A DNA stretch of 64,000 nt from Mesotaenium endlicherianum (taxonomy: Eukaryota): positions 62,001-126,000 of the forward strand of contig WELA01003365.1 of NCBI GenBank assembly GCA_009602735.1, in the 5' to 3' direction. This document shows positions 12,246 through 24,480 of the stretch, piece after piece; positions within the stretch are counted from its first letter, which is position 1, and each line of letters begins with the position of its first letter. A program made the translations under genes and the position numbers. The notes under the pieces are model-generated. The model searched no databases. It saw only the letters and a list, made by a program, of their open reading frames with translations, and was not told where the DNA came from.

Positions 12246-12964
12246 TGAAATGAATCGACTTACCAAATAGGCGATTAACAATTAATAAAGATCTTTATAT
12301 CAGCAAGTAATCTTTATGGTATTTTTCGTTAATTGATATAACAGCAAAGGACAACACACTAGCAGTGAATAATACTCGTAAGTCAAATGCAAGTAAACTA
12401 GCATCAATAATGCAATCAGTAAACTCATACATAAGCAAGGTTGGAAGACAGTGCGTATCAATGGCTTCTCGCTTTGGATTCAGATCTCTCTCAGTAAGCT
12501 GTACAAGAGAGTTGGCCTCGTGTCCGAATGCCGAACTCGAGAGCAATGCCTAGCATATGTACATGGAATGAGTTTAGTGTTCAACGGCCAGTGCGATGGC
12601 ACCGCCTACCCGGGAGTTAACCACGTTGGTAGGACCTCGGTTAACCAAATCCACCGCCATCTCCCATCATCTCGAATGGCCATCCACCATATTGATGTCA
12701 TCTGGCCATTCATCTAGCATACCACACTTAGATGCATATCGAGGCAATTCGCTGCTACCGAGTACGGAAGTCAGCTGGCTGTCAAAGAATGTGTCAGCAA
12801 GCTGACTTAAGTTGGCTTCAGCCTGCTGCTTCCGACTGAGTCCTGAAATTGATAATTATATAAAGTCCAGGAGACTCAATACTACATAAAGTCCAGTACG
12901 CTAAACTTAGTTGACTATTAATTTTAAATGAATGTTATATCTACTAATATACTGATTCATTACA
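12246..12964 (-). repeat. 3' LTR of copy 2
   Basis: Homologous to 20479-21200; preceded on minus by the PPT. Confidence 0.95.
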
Positions 12965-12966
12965 AT

Positions 12967-12979
12967 CCCTCCAACTTAA
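12967..12979 (-). promoter_or_regulatory. Polypurine tract adjacent to the 3' LTR
   Basis: TTAAGTTGGAGGG then AT then LTR start TGTAATG. Confidence 0.75.
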
Positions 12980-13076
12980 CTTGTTGTCGCCTCGACAACA
13001 TTAAACTGCATAAGTCTTTGGTTTGGGAACTGAACCTGACCAGCCTCCACCACTGACTGCCTCTTCAGCCTGTCAC

Positions 13077-14750
13077 CTAGGGGGTTGTTCCTGGGGCTTC
13101 AGGATCAGGAGACTGAGATCTGGACCTAGATCTGAACAGCCCTCTAGGTCTGTCAGCTGGCCTTCTAAAGAACCCCGTTTGTTCTAAAGTTGGACCTCGA
13201 GGAGAACGAAGGATGGTAGCCTGCTCTTTAACCACTTGGGTGTTGATCCGCACATAGACAGGCATTCCAGTAGGGTGCTGAAATACATTGGCAAGAGGTA
13301 CATGCCCCTGAGCGAAGGGAGAGGCCGGCATAACTCTGGCCACCCCGCGTGTCCCTCTTCTGGCACCCCTGTCCTCTAGGGATTTCTTCCTTTGTCTGCT
13401 GCCAAGTACAGTTAGATCAACTTCTTCCCCTGCTTGGGCAGGTGGGCTGGGGGAGCGAGTGCGCGGTTCAGTTTCCTCCATGGCCGGGGTCAAACGCCAT
13501 GTTCATGATCTTGGCTCCTGAGGAAACCCCGCTCTTGCCTGCCCCTGGGTGTCCTGAGTACCAGGTCCTGACGCTTCTCCTCTGCCTTGTTCTTCTTCCT
13601 CATCCTCCTCATCTTCCTCCTCTGAGAGGGTAGGAGTCTCGTCCACTAAGTCATCCTGCTCCCTGGTAGACATGGAGTAGTCTACTGACCTCCCTTTCTT
13701 AGGGCGCGCCGGAGGTTGCTTGGCCTTCAGCCTGCTGATATCTATCCGGCCTGCATTCTTCGCCCATTTGACATGCTTTCCCTTAGAGAAGTAGTCTCTC
13801 CCCCTCCTCCTGTGCTCTTTGGTTTCTGCATTCATATTGCTCAGGCAGCTATTCAGCCTGGGGTCCCACGGGGCAACGTGAGGTGGTAGGATGAGGTAGC
13901 CGTCCAGGCCATAGTGGAAGTCATCTGGTTGGGCTCGGTCACAATCCTGCTTTTTGTTTGTGACGGTCATCCACCTCCAAACTGTTGGCTGCTGGTAGTA
14001 CTGGGGTCCATGCTCAGCCTTCCTCAGTTTACACGGGAACCAGTGGGGAGAAAACATCTGCTGTCCTGCTTCCCTGGCCAAGTACTCCAAGCTCCTTCTC
14101 TCAACTTCATTGTAAGCTGGCAGTAGTGTGAGGTAGAATACCGTATCCTTAAAGCTATCGGGCCGCATGCTCACTATCCTGATGAGTCTTTGATCTCCCA
14201 CTATTTCCAGTATTGGAACCGGCTTGTTCTCTGAATCATCTGCAAGGTACCGGGCCTGTTCTGCTGTATAGCCCACCATCTTGGCATAATCTTCGTGGAG
14301 GACCACACCAGTGTGTGTCTCAATGTACCTATCCAGTGCTGCAGCTCCTTCATTCTGTAGCAGTGTTGTCTGTTCCAGCTTGTTGATCTCCTGGGCTGCC
14401 AGCAATGCTTCCTTCAGGTTATCAAAGATTTGGCCACCCACCACAGTATACCTGTAAGTGGCCAAGCTCTTCTGCCTGTCCGCTTCAGCCTTTTTCCTTC
14501 TCTCCTCATCTGCCGCTGCCGCTTCTTCTTGTTGTTTTATCTGTCTCTCCTCCTCAGCTTTCCTGAGGTTTTCCGCTTCCTGATCCCACTTCCTCTGTGC
14601 TTCTTCTGCCGCCTCTTGTTGTCTGCGGACCCTTTCTTGTTCTCTCCTGGTGAGGGACGTCGCCGCCAGCTCCTTCTGGTATTGCTCCATTGTCCTCCTG
14701 GCTTCTTCCGCCTTGCGCTTTCTGTCCTCCTTTTGTGTGGTGGGAGCCAT
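13077..14750 (-). pseudogene. Additional ORF (about 557 codons) between pol and the 3' LTR; one in-frame TGA at 13503-13505
   Basis: ORFs 13503..14774 and 13077..13493 are in the same frame, separated by a single TGA. N-terminal E/K/R/Q coiled coil, central aromatic-rich domain, acidic tract, RS-rich tail. ATG at 14750 follows a TACTAAC...TGCAG acceptor. Confidence 0.8.
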
Positions 14751-15186
14751 CCTGCACATGTAACCAGGGCACAAGTTAGTAGAATATCGACCTTTGTCAT
14801 AGGAATTGCAGGAAGGAAGTAAGTTCGTATTAGTATAGTGTATTCGCTCCTGTTTACCTTACAGGGCGATTGCTAGGAGTGGACGTAGTTGCGGTGCGAG
14901 AGACATAAACGTATGAATGTGTTTTAAGGTTTGTTAAATGATGTATTGCTGTGCGAGGCCCTTTTTCCTTCCGCCCAAGGTGCTTTATGTGGGCCAGGCT
15001 GTCCCATCTGTCACTATGCTGACACTTAGGATTCACACGACCGTCCCATCTGTCACTATGCTGACACTTAGGGTTTACATAACTGTCCCTTTCTCGCTCT
15101 CGCACACTAATTGTCATATATTTTCCCCCCCAACTTAAATGGAGACAGGACCTCCTGTCACCTTCCCGTGTCAACTGAAATGACCG

Positions 15187-18100
15187 TTATGGAGGGGCTC
15201 CAGCCGCCCAAAGGTGGAACCGTTTCAACGCCCCTTTGACATTGGTCAAGTGGTCCTTAAATTCCCAAGTGTCCCCAGAGGCATTGTAACCCTTCCATCG
15301 AATGAGGTACTTCATGACATGTTTAGACGATTGACGGACCGAGCGCGCGTCTAAAATCTCCTCAACCTCATATTCCTCAGGGTCACCGTCTCGGACAGCG
15401 GGGACCGATCCCGGTTGGACAGGTAACCGACCTGTGAACAGTGTGTCCCCTTTGATGTATGGTTCCAGGAAGGAGACATTAAAGACTGGGTGACCTTTGT
15501 ATTCTGCTGACATGTTCAGTTTGTAAGCATTCTAATTGACACGGCGCACCACCGAATATGGACCGACCCAGACATGACCAAGCTTTTTCTTGACCACACC
15601 AGGGAGGTACAGGTGCTGAGAATGTAGTGTGACCAAATCGCCCTTAGAAAAGGTCAGTTCTCGACGGTGGTGATTAACGTACTTTTGTTGGTTTGCTTGG
15701 GCTTTGTGCAGATTTTGTTGGACTTCTGACAGGGTGTCATCAAACTCCTGAGTTAACTGGAGGGAGACCGGATTGTCAATCCCTTCAAGGTGAGTTAAAG
15801 ATTCCCCTAGGACATCTGAAGGAGACTTAGGGACTCTACCCAGGCTTAGTTCAAAAGGAGTCTTGCCCGTTGACGCGTGCACCGCACTGTTGACCGCAAA
15901 CTGGATTTGAGATAACAGGTCATCCCAATTATCTTGTTTTTGGTTAATATAGGCTCTCAGTACCTCTTGCAAAACTCAATTAGTTCTTTCAGTCTGCCCA
16001 TCAGTCTGAGGGTGGTTTGCTGTGCTGAGCAGCTGCCTGACTCCCATTAACCCCATTAAAGCCCTCCAGAACTTAGAGGTAAATTTTGAGTCCCTGTCTG
16101 AGATTATATTAGAGGGTAGCCCATGTTGGCATATTACATGGTTGTAGAACTGTCTCGCTGTTTCGAGTGCAGTTACTTTGACAGTTGTGGGGATGAAAAT
16201 GACCATTTTTGTCAGTTTATCCACAACTACCAGTATCAAATCATGCCCATTGGCAGTTCGTGGCAGTGTGACCACCCAGTCCATGGATATTGTTTCCCAG
16301 CGGCCAGCTGGGAGGGGCAGCGGTTGTAAGAAGCCCCCCGGTGGTGTGTGCCTATACTTATTCTTTTGACACTGGTCACAGGACTTAACGTATTTCAAAA
16401 CCTCTCGAGGTAATCCCTCCCAATGATAATGTTTTGCCAATTTGCCCACAATTTTGGCCTGCCCCAAATGCCCACCCAGTAAACTGTCATGTGCTTGACT
16501 CATTAAAAGGGACCTTATTTCCAAGTCATTAGAAATGACCAGCTTCAGCCTGCCTGAAGTGGTTTCAGTCACCAGACCCCTCCCTTAAGTTTATACCCGA
16601 GTGCAGTAGCACGACACACACCAGTAGTGGGGCTGGGCTCAAATGTTGGGTGAGAAAGGTAGGCTTTCCTAAGTTGTTCAAGGAAGGACTTTTTCACCTT
16701 TAGTGAAGTGAGTGCACACAGGACTTTATCTACAGCATGCTGACTAAAGTTCCTTTCTTGCAAGTCAGGTCTTCTAGAGAGTGCATCAGCAGGATTCAAC
16801 TTCCCTGGCTTGTAGTCGATCTGGACTTGAAACTGCTCCAGCATCTGGCTCCATCGGTTCTCCCTCCTGGACACCTTGAATTTCTTCTGAAAGTGAGTCA
16901 GAGTTAGATGATCTGTAATCACCTTAAAAGCATTACCATGTAAGTATGCTCTCCACTGTTTGAGCACATGAATGATAGCTAGCAGCTCTTTATCATGCAC
17001 TGAGTAATTAATCTCCGCTGGATTAAATTTCATACTCGTACAACACAGGGTGCCACTCCTGCCTTAGCTTACCATCCTTTGTGGTTTTGTCCGCAGGCAG
17101 CAACAAAATAGCACCCATGACAAAGTCAGAGGCATCAGTGACCACCTGCACCGGTTTGCTGGGGTCATACACGGCTAGCACTGGGGCAGAACAAAGGGCA
17201 TCTTTAAGGGTCTGGAACGCAACCTGCTGCTCTTCCCCCCACACATACCCTATGTCTTTCTTAGTAAGGTCAGTCACTTTACTGGCCTTTGTAGAATAAT
17301 TCTCAATAAATCTTCTATGGTAGTTAGCCAACCCGAGGAAGGTTCTAACTTCAGAGACAGACTGTGTTAGTGGCCAGTCCCTGATGGTCTGGACTTTCTT
17401 AAGATCCACACTGATGCCTTCTTTACTGACAACGTGGCCTACGAATTCAATACTTTCCTTAAAGAAATCACACTTGCTCATTTTAGCATATAAGTGATTT
17501 CTTCTCAGAGTGTCCATGACTGTCTTTAAGTGTTCAACGTGCTGAGCTTCATCTTTAGAGAAAATTAAAATATCATCCAGGAAAACTTGCACAAATTTAT
17601 CCAAAGAATGTCTGAAAATGTCATTCATAGCACCCATAATAAGGTCGCAGGAGCATTAGTCAGTCCAAATGGCATCACGTTGAACTCATAGTGTCCATAA
17701 CATGTGCGGAAGGCAGTCTTGTGTTCATCCCCCTCAGCAATTCTGATTTGATGATAATCACTCTTGAGATCTATCTTACTGAACACCTTAGCACCAGACA
17801 GGGTATCAAGCAAGTCCTTGATTCTGGATAAAGCATACTTGTTCTTTACTGTAATTCTGTTCAGAGCTCTGTAATCCACACACATCCGCATACTGCTATC
17901 CATTCTCTTAACAAATAGGATGGGTGCGCCGTAAGGTGATTTGTTGGGGGAAATATAACCATTTTCCTTAAGCTCTGCAATCTGTGTTTTCAACTCCTCG
18001 CTCTCCACATAAGACTAGCCATAAGTGCGTTGCCAGGGTGGCTGACTCCCAGGTAATAAATCACTCCTGTGATCCACTTCCCTCTTTGGAGGTAGTCCTC

Positions 18101-19000
18101 GAGGCATATTGAAAACATCAGTGTACTGAGCAACAATTTTTGCAGCAGTAGGGTGCTCCGGAGGGCTTACCTTTTTCTCAACCACTTCTTCAGGTTAAGG
18201 AGGTACCTCTCTTAGCAGACAGAACATTCTGTCTTCCTTCTGGTTCCAGCTTTTGACGAACTCCATTGCATTCAGCAACTTGCATCCTTCTGGAAGTCTC
18301 TTCCTTTCCTTCATTTGACATCCACACAGGACAAGAGGAAGAGCACTGGTGGGTGCCGAGTCAGTCTGCCCATCATTGGCTCCTCTCACTTTAACTGTAC
18401 CTCTGCTCCAACACACTTCAGCTTGATGACTATTAAGCCAGGACCTGCCTAGCACGAGATCATAGAAGCCAGTGTTGAGTACCTCAAATGTAAGCGTTTC
18501 AGTTAGAACTGCAATGCCAGAACTCAAGTGGACCTCAATAGGCTTGGTTATAACTCCTCCCGGGATACTTGAGGCATCTCCAAGGAATATTTTTCTATTC
18601 CCTTGGGTGACAGTAGGCAGCCTTAGCCGCTTAACTAAGTCCTTGTGAATAAAAGTATGTGACGCCCCTCCGTCAACAAATGCCCTCACCTTCCTACCTG
18701 CAATCATGCAATGCAGTAGGATAGGGGGGACTGTCTTTTCCTGACTTTCGCATTGTTCTCCTGACGTAGCAAAGAAATGTTGGACATCAGGTGGAACAAG
18801 AGCATCCAGAGTGTGCACTCTCTGGACGTCTATATTGCTGATGGTCTCCTTTATCTGGTTGTCAGGCATGCATAGTGAATCCAGTTCAGCAGGACCCATA
18901 ATACCTGCTACGAGGGCAGCTAGTGACGACTCACTATCTCTAGCATCCTCACAGTCAGTAGACTGGATTACTGACTGTTGCTGTCTTGTAAAGGCTGGTC
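15187..19000 (-). pseudogene. pol: pol of copy 2: protease, reverse transcriptase, RNase H, integrase, chromodomain; several stops and frameshifts
   Basis: FVDGGASHTF (PR); [29 protein letters not shown] (RT); VTDASD, KELLAI (RH); AHDSLLGGHLG..CDQCQ, ISMDW, IISDRD, GQTERTN (IN); GPY; EYEVEEILDAR...YLIRWKGYNASGDTWE (chromodomain). Confidence 0.97.
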
Positions 19001-20444
19001 TTTCCTCTCGACCTTCGGAAGGTGCTTGGCTGGACACTGTTCTCTGTAGTGGCCCAACTGCTGACAATGGTAGCAAGTGGATTTTGCTAAGGCTGGTCTC
19101 GGCTTAGTCCTACCACCACCTCTTCCATAGCCGCCTCGAGAGAAACCACCTCTACCTCTAGACTGAATAGCATTATACTCATACTCATATTCATCACCCT
19201 GATCATCCTCAGCCTGGTCTCCTTCAACTGCATTGTAGGAACCGTGGGGCTTTTTGACAATCTTAGACACCAAAGCATTACTCTGGCGCTTGTGATTGAA
19301 CTGCTGCTGATCCCAGGCATCAGCATCCTGGATCAAGTCAGCCAGTTTCTCATACTTCTTCTCAGCAAAAATGACCAGAGACTTCGGATTTCAAGCCATA
19401 CCTAAAGTATGCTATTCTATACCGTTCTGGCAAGTCTGGCTGTTTCATCATGTTCTCCTGGAACTTTTGAGCAAACTCAGCAACTGAAGTGGTCTGCTTC
19501 AGTGTCAGGGAGATCATCGCAAAGATAGCTTTCTCCTGCTGGTCGATGACGTCAAACTTCTCATGCAACTTCTTGACAAACTCTACCCACGTAGGGTCAC
19601 CGAGTTGCTGAGCCTTACGCTCTCCTTTCCAATAAAGCCACCAGTCTGCGGCACTGCCTTTCAGTAGCGCACCAGTGCGCCTGACCTTCTCGTAATCTTG
19701 CAGTTCTGGGTAGTTCTCCAGCCGCTGCTCAACATCCGCGAGAAACTTGATCAGGTAATATTTTCTGTTTTCCTCAAAATCATATTCCTGGGGAGGTTTT
19801 GGCTTGGCCTTACTAGGCCCTCTGCCACCACCACCAGTGGTTTGAGAACCCTGTTGGTCTCTGTCCCGCAGTAGAGACATTATGATTCTTTTGTCCTCCT
19901 GTTGGGACTGATACATGGTTGCCATTTGCGACTGCATCTGAACGAACAATGCTCCCAAGTCTACACTCTAAGGTGGGAGTCTAGCAAATGCAGGAGCAGC
20001 AGTGGCATCTACTCGCTGAGTAGTGTCCTCAACAGTCCCTCTCGACCCTGCAGCAGCAATTCCTGCCGCATTCAGCCGGTCACATATTTGACCTAGGGGT
20101 ACATTGAGTTGTACAGCAGGAGGTGGATTCAGGACATTGGTCCTGGAGGCCATAAGTTCTTCAACCGTGCGCTCGTCAGCGGGTTGTCCTTCCCTCCTTT
20201 TTGTATTGTCAGCGGCCTTTGCTAATTGTTCGGCTAATCTGGCTCTCTCCTCCTTAGCTTGCTGTGCTGCGACTGCGGCAATAGCAGCTGCCTCATCTGC
20301 AGCCTCTCTAGCTGCAGTATCTGCTACTGCTTCATAATAGGTACGGGTTCCCGCTACATGGCTTTCCGCCTGGTTTTCGACATTCTCGTAATCCTGGTTC
20401 TCCATGTCTCGGGAGTTGCTAGTTTGAGACCTTGTCCTTACCAT
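18968..20444 (-). pseudogene. gag: gag of copy 2 (stop at 19968, frameshift near 19365)
   Basis: ORFs 19968..20444, 19362..19958 and 18968..19336 are colinear with copy 1 gag; CYHCQQLGHYREQC knuckle. Confidence 0.92.
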
Positions 20445-20465
20445 ACAAAGAAGACTGTGATAACT

Positions 20466-20477
20466 GCTCCGATACCA
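20466..20477 (-). promoter_or_regulatory. Primer binding site (initiator tRNA-Met type), copy 2
   Basis: TGGTATCGGAGC one base after the 5' LTR. Confidence 0.85.
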
Positions 20478-20478
20478 C

Positions 20479-21200
20479 TGAAATGAATCGACTTACCAAA
20501 TAGGCGATTAACAATTAATGAAGATCTTTATATCAGCAAGTAATCTTTATGGTATTTTCCGTTAACTGGTTAAACGGCAAAGGACAACACACTAGCAGTG
20601 AATAATACTCGTAAGTCAAATGCGAGTAAACTAGCATCAATAATGCAATCAGTAAACTCATATATAAGCAAGGCTGGAAGACAGTGCGTATCAATGGCTT
20701 CTCCCCTTGGATTAAGATCTCTCTCAATAAGCTGTACCAGAGAGTTGGCCTCGTTTCGGAACGCTGAACTCGAGAGCAATGCCTAGCATATGTCCATGGA
20801 ATGAGTTTACTGTTCAACGGCCAGTGCGATAGCACCGCCTACCGGGAGTTAACCACGTTGGTAGGACCTCGGTTAACCAAATCCACCGCCACCTCCCATC
20901 ATCTCGAACGGCCATCCACCATATTGATGTCATCTGGCCATTCATCTAGCATACCACACTTACATGCATATCGAGGCAGTTCGCTGCTACCGAGTACGGA
21001 AGTCAGCTAGCTGGCTGTCAAAGAATGTGTCAGTAAGCTGACTTAAGTTGGCTTCAGCTTGATGCTTCCGGCTGAGTCCTTAAATTGATAATGATATAAA
21101 GTCCAGCAGACTCAATACTACATAAAGTTCAGTAGGCTGAACTTAATTAACTATTATATTTAAATGAATGTTATATCTACTAATATACTGATTCATTACA
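20479..21200 (-). repeat. 5' LTR of copy 2
   Basis: TG...CA, followed by the PBS; homologous to 12246-12964. Confidence 0.95.
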
Positions 21201-22335
21201 ATATCACAGCATATGCACTTGCCTCGGGTAAAGGAGGGGGAGCATGAAGTAGTGAAGCAAGAAGAAAAGTGTAAACCTTTCAGCCAACAATGTAGTTTCT
21301 GCAGCAGCAATTGCACGTTGAGTATAATCTTTCACTTCACATATATATGCTTTGATCTCCGCTGTCAATGGAGCAGCCGTTTGTAACCTAGCACTCATTT
21401 GTTGCACAGCCACATCTGCGTCAAGGTTCCTTTGGCACAACACAGCATACTCCATGTCCTTGATAACATTGATATCATTTACATGTTGTGTCCTCCTTAA
21501 CTTGAAGCTTCGCACACCCTTTCGAATGCCTTCTAAGGATAACTAATTTAATGCATACTCTTTGTCGACTTCCTCTTTAAATATGTGCAGTATATCTGCT
21601 AACTCGCAGATTTCTGTTCCCACACCCCGTTTCAACACCAATGGGTGTCGCTTGTAGATAGCTCGATGTAGTCGCTTTTCAGACAAGGCAGCAACCATGG
21701 CAAAGCTATTCACGGGTGGGTGGGAGACTGTGAGAATCCACGAGTATGTGAGTTCTTGTGGAGGTAATGACAACCGAGGGAATTTATGCCGTATTGTTGT
21801 GTGGTAGGCCTTCGAGTTTTGTTTGTATCGCGAGTCTTCGGAAGGTTTGACGTGTTGTCGACAGTACCTCGATTTGAAATATATAAGTCATTTACGACAT
21901 TATGCGACGCGGTGCAGAGTGCACACAACCCCCGCCGCACGTGCTACAAATGCGAATACCCAGCATACATTAGGCATGGGGTCATAATGGGCGTATGCCT
22001 CGTCATATGTACCGATTGTAGGTTACCATGCATTCTTGCATTGTGCTGCATGGTTCTTGTTGTCAACGAGATGTGTTCTTGAGTGTTCCTGAGTCTTCCT
22101 GAGCAATCGTTAACATCAGTTAACATATTCATGTTCATCCACACCCCTGGGAAACATACAAATCTTGAATTCCCCATCATAGGGGCATCCCGCACTTAAC
22201 TGGTACCTCATGTTGTCGTCTGATATGGTTCGTTTCTTCTTCCTGGCTCTTTTTGCTCATTCATGCTCATTTGTCACTCATTCCCATTTTGTGTTTACTG
22301 CTTGTGACTGCTTGCCTCTTCCGCCTCCTACAACC

Positions 22336-22814
22336 ATGGTGTCTGATGCTAGCAACCGTCCCTCTAGGATTTCGGGTCTTAAGGTAAGAGATGCATATTA
22401 TGCACGCAAGGTTGCACACAGATTCTTGAACTTCGTTAGAGAACTGTCTATTTGAAATTTGAATCGTTGGAAGTGAAGTGTCAGAGTTAGAATCTAGGGG
22501 GGTTGCTTCAAGGCAATTAACCCAGCTTCAGGACACTCTGTGTAGGAAACGGCAGATATTTGTTGCCATGAATGTTAATGGTCCAGAAGACCCCTCTCTG
22601 TTGCGATTCATAATCATGAGCAGAAATGTTATCTCTCAACATGAACAAGAGGCGCGTTAGCGATATGACCAGGTCATTAAAAGAAGCCTACAGGTGCCTT
22701 CTGGCTGGTACCCGTGGTACTGGTATTCGTGCAAATGCCTTGTACTGGAGGCTTCGGCAGCGTATGTATGCGGTCATTGAACGAAGCAACCCCCCACTGC
22801 ACCCTCACTTCTGA
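22336..22814 (+). pseudogene. Orphan protein C1, disrupted; paralog of C2
   Basis: RDAYYARKVAHRF, LQDTLCRKRQIF, DPSLLRFIIMSRNVI, LKEAYRCLL, NALYWRL align in order with C2; stops and frameshifts at about 22453-22480 and 22660. Confidence 0.6.
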
Positions 22815-23744
22815 AAGGTACGTAGGTATTTATCTAAGGTCTCTCTTTTGGAGTCTTTTATTAATTGTGTTTGGTTGTTTTTCTTCATTTGCGCCTTCTT
22901 TTAGTTGTTGCTGCTTGTAATAGTTGTTGCTGCTGTTGTTTTTTACTTACCATTGCTGTTTTTTGCCGTACTACGCATTTTCTGCTACCTATTATGTTTA
23001 TGGTGATTCTGTTTGGTGCTGTTTTGAGGTGCTGCTGTTGTACTTGTTGTGCTAGTGCTTCATTTTGCTCTTGTGTTGTATCATGGCGTCTGCAGCAGGG
23101 ACCTTGTACTTAATACTTACACGTGTCTCTTGTGGTGCCTTTTAGGGTTGTGCTACGTGGGAACAAGTGTTGGTGGCCCGACTTGCTTGGATCGCTTCCC
23201 TAGCTTGGAGCAACGTCAAGGACCTTCACGCAGATTGCCTTTTTTCTAGTATACATATGGGCAGATATAACCCTAAGAATGCACACTTTGCTAGCTTTGT
23301 GTGTTTGTGTATGCAATAAGTTTGTTTTGTACATACGTGTGATGTAATATGGTGCTGTTGTAACGTATTGGAAGCAGTATGTTGTTAGAAGGCATATATA
23401 CTTTGAATTTTGGGGAGGTGGGAGATAGCTTCATACCAAAATCCTTATCCTTATCCTTATCCTTATCCTTGTGTCTTCTAATTATGAGTGTGGTTTTCAT
23501 CCTTTGCCCTTGCTATAATTTATGTCACATGCATTCATTTTGCATATGTGTTGAAAGATTTTATTCTACAAGTGTAATTTTTGTAGTGCTTAATACTTTA
23601 TTTTGAATGCCACACACTTACTTTGCATTTTCATTTGCTCACAACAACATTGGATGATCTAAGTCTGGACTCTTTTATGTCGTAATCTTTGACAATCATT
23701 GGTTTTCAATGATTTGACTTATCTTTCACATAGTATGACTATAA

Positions 23745-24480
23745 GACAAATGTTTGTATAATTGTGCATTGCAAAGACTGCTCTTCACTGTTGTTAATCC
23801 TTGTATCTCTCTAATATTCATGTTCATTGTTCTAATTTCCCATCATAATGATAAAAACTTCAAACTTTCGGTGTCAATTGACCGCAGAATCCCTTGCTTT
23901 AGTATATAGCCATTACTTCAATTATTGTGACAAATGTTTGTATAATTGTGCATTGCAAAGACTGCTCTTCACTGTTGTTAATCCTTGTATCTCTCTAATA
24001 TTCATGTTCATTGTTCTAATTTCCCATCATAATGATAAAAACTTCAAACTTTCGGTGTCAATTGACCGCAGAATCCCTTGCTTTAGTATATAGCCATTAC
24101 TTCAATTATTGTGACAAATGTTTGTATAATTGTGCATTGCAAAGACTGCTCTTCACTGTTGTTAATCCTTGTATCTCTCTAATATTCATGTTCATTGTTC
24201 TAATTTCCCATCATAATGATAAAAACTTCAAACTTTCGGTGTCAATTGACCGCAGAATCCCTTGCTTTAGTATATAGCCATTACTTCAATTATTGTGACA
24301 AATGTTTGTATAATTGTGCATTGCAAAGACTGCTCTTCACTGTTGTTAATCCTTGTATCTCTCTAATATTCATGTTCATTGTTCTAATTTCCCATCATAA
24401 TGATAAAAACTTCAAACTTTCGGTGTCAATTGACCGCAGAATCCCTTGCTTTAGTATATAGCCATTACTTCAATTATTGT
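23745..24480. repeat. Tandem array, 4 x 184 bp, AT-rich
   Basis: Units start at 23745, 23929, 24113 and 24297 (GACAAATGTTTGTATAATTGTGC...); identical ORF translations recur every 184 bp. Confidence 0.97.

Larger units (their letters stand above)
12246..21200 (-). mobile_element. Full-length Ty3/gypsy chromovirus LTR retrotransposon (copy 2), inactivated
   Basis: Two LTRs with TG...CA ends, perfect 5-bp TSD ATATC (12241-12245, 21201-21205), PBS, PPT, and domain order gag-PR-RT-RH-IN-chromodomain. Confidence 0.97.
11934..21698 (-). pseudogene. Orphan protein A2, paralog of A1, split by the full-length retrotransposon
   Basis: 5' part 21698-21206 (EKRLHRAIYKRHPLVLKRGVGTEICELADIL, stop at 21543, DMEYAVLCQRNLD). 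3' part 12240-11934 (GCVGYIDPTVTGSSSHGTAKE...SGSIGI*). Confidence 0.65.

Noticed and set aside
2554..12964. LTRs at 2554 and 12246 as the two ends of one element carrying the MTase and HIRAN genes
   Set aside because: PBS and PPT face outward from this interval, and the 12246 LTR pairs with 20479-21200 through the ATATC TSD.
13077..14774. env gene
   Set aside because: No signal peptide or transmembrane segment; highly charged composition.
23745..24480. CRISPR array, or three 81-aa genes
   Set aside because: Head-to-tail units with no unique spacers, eukaryotic context and no cas genes; the ORFs are by-products of the repeat.
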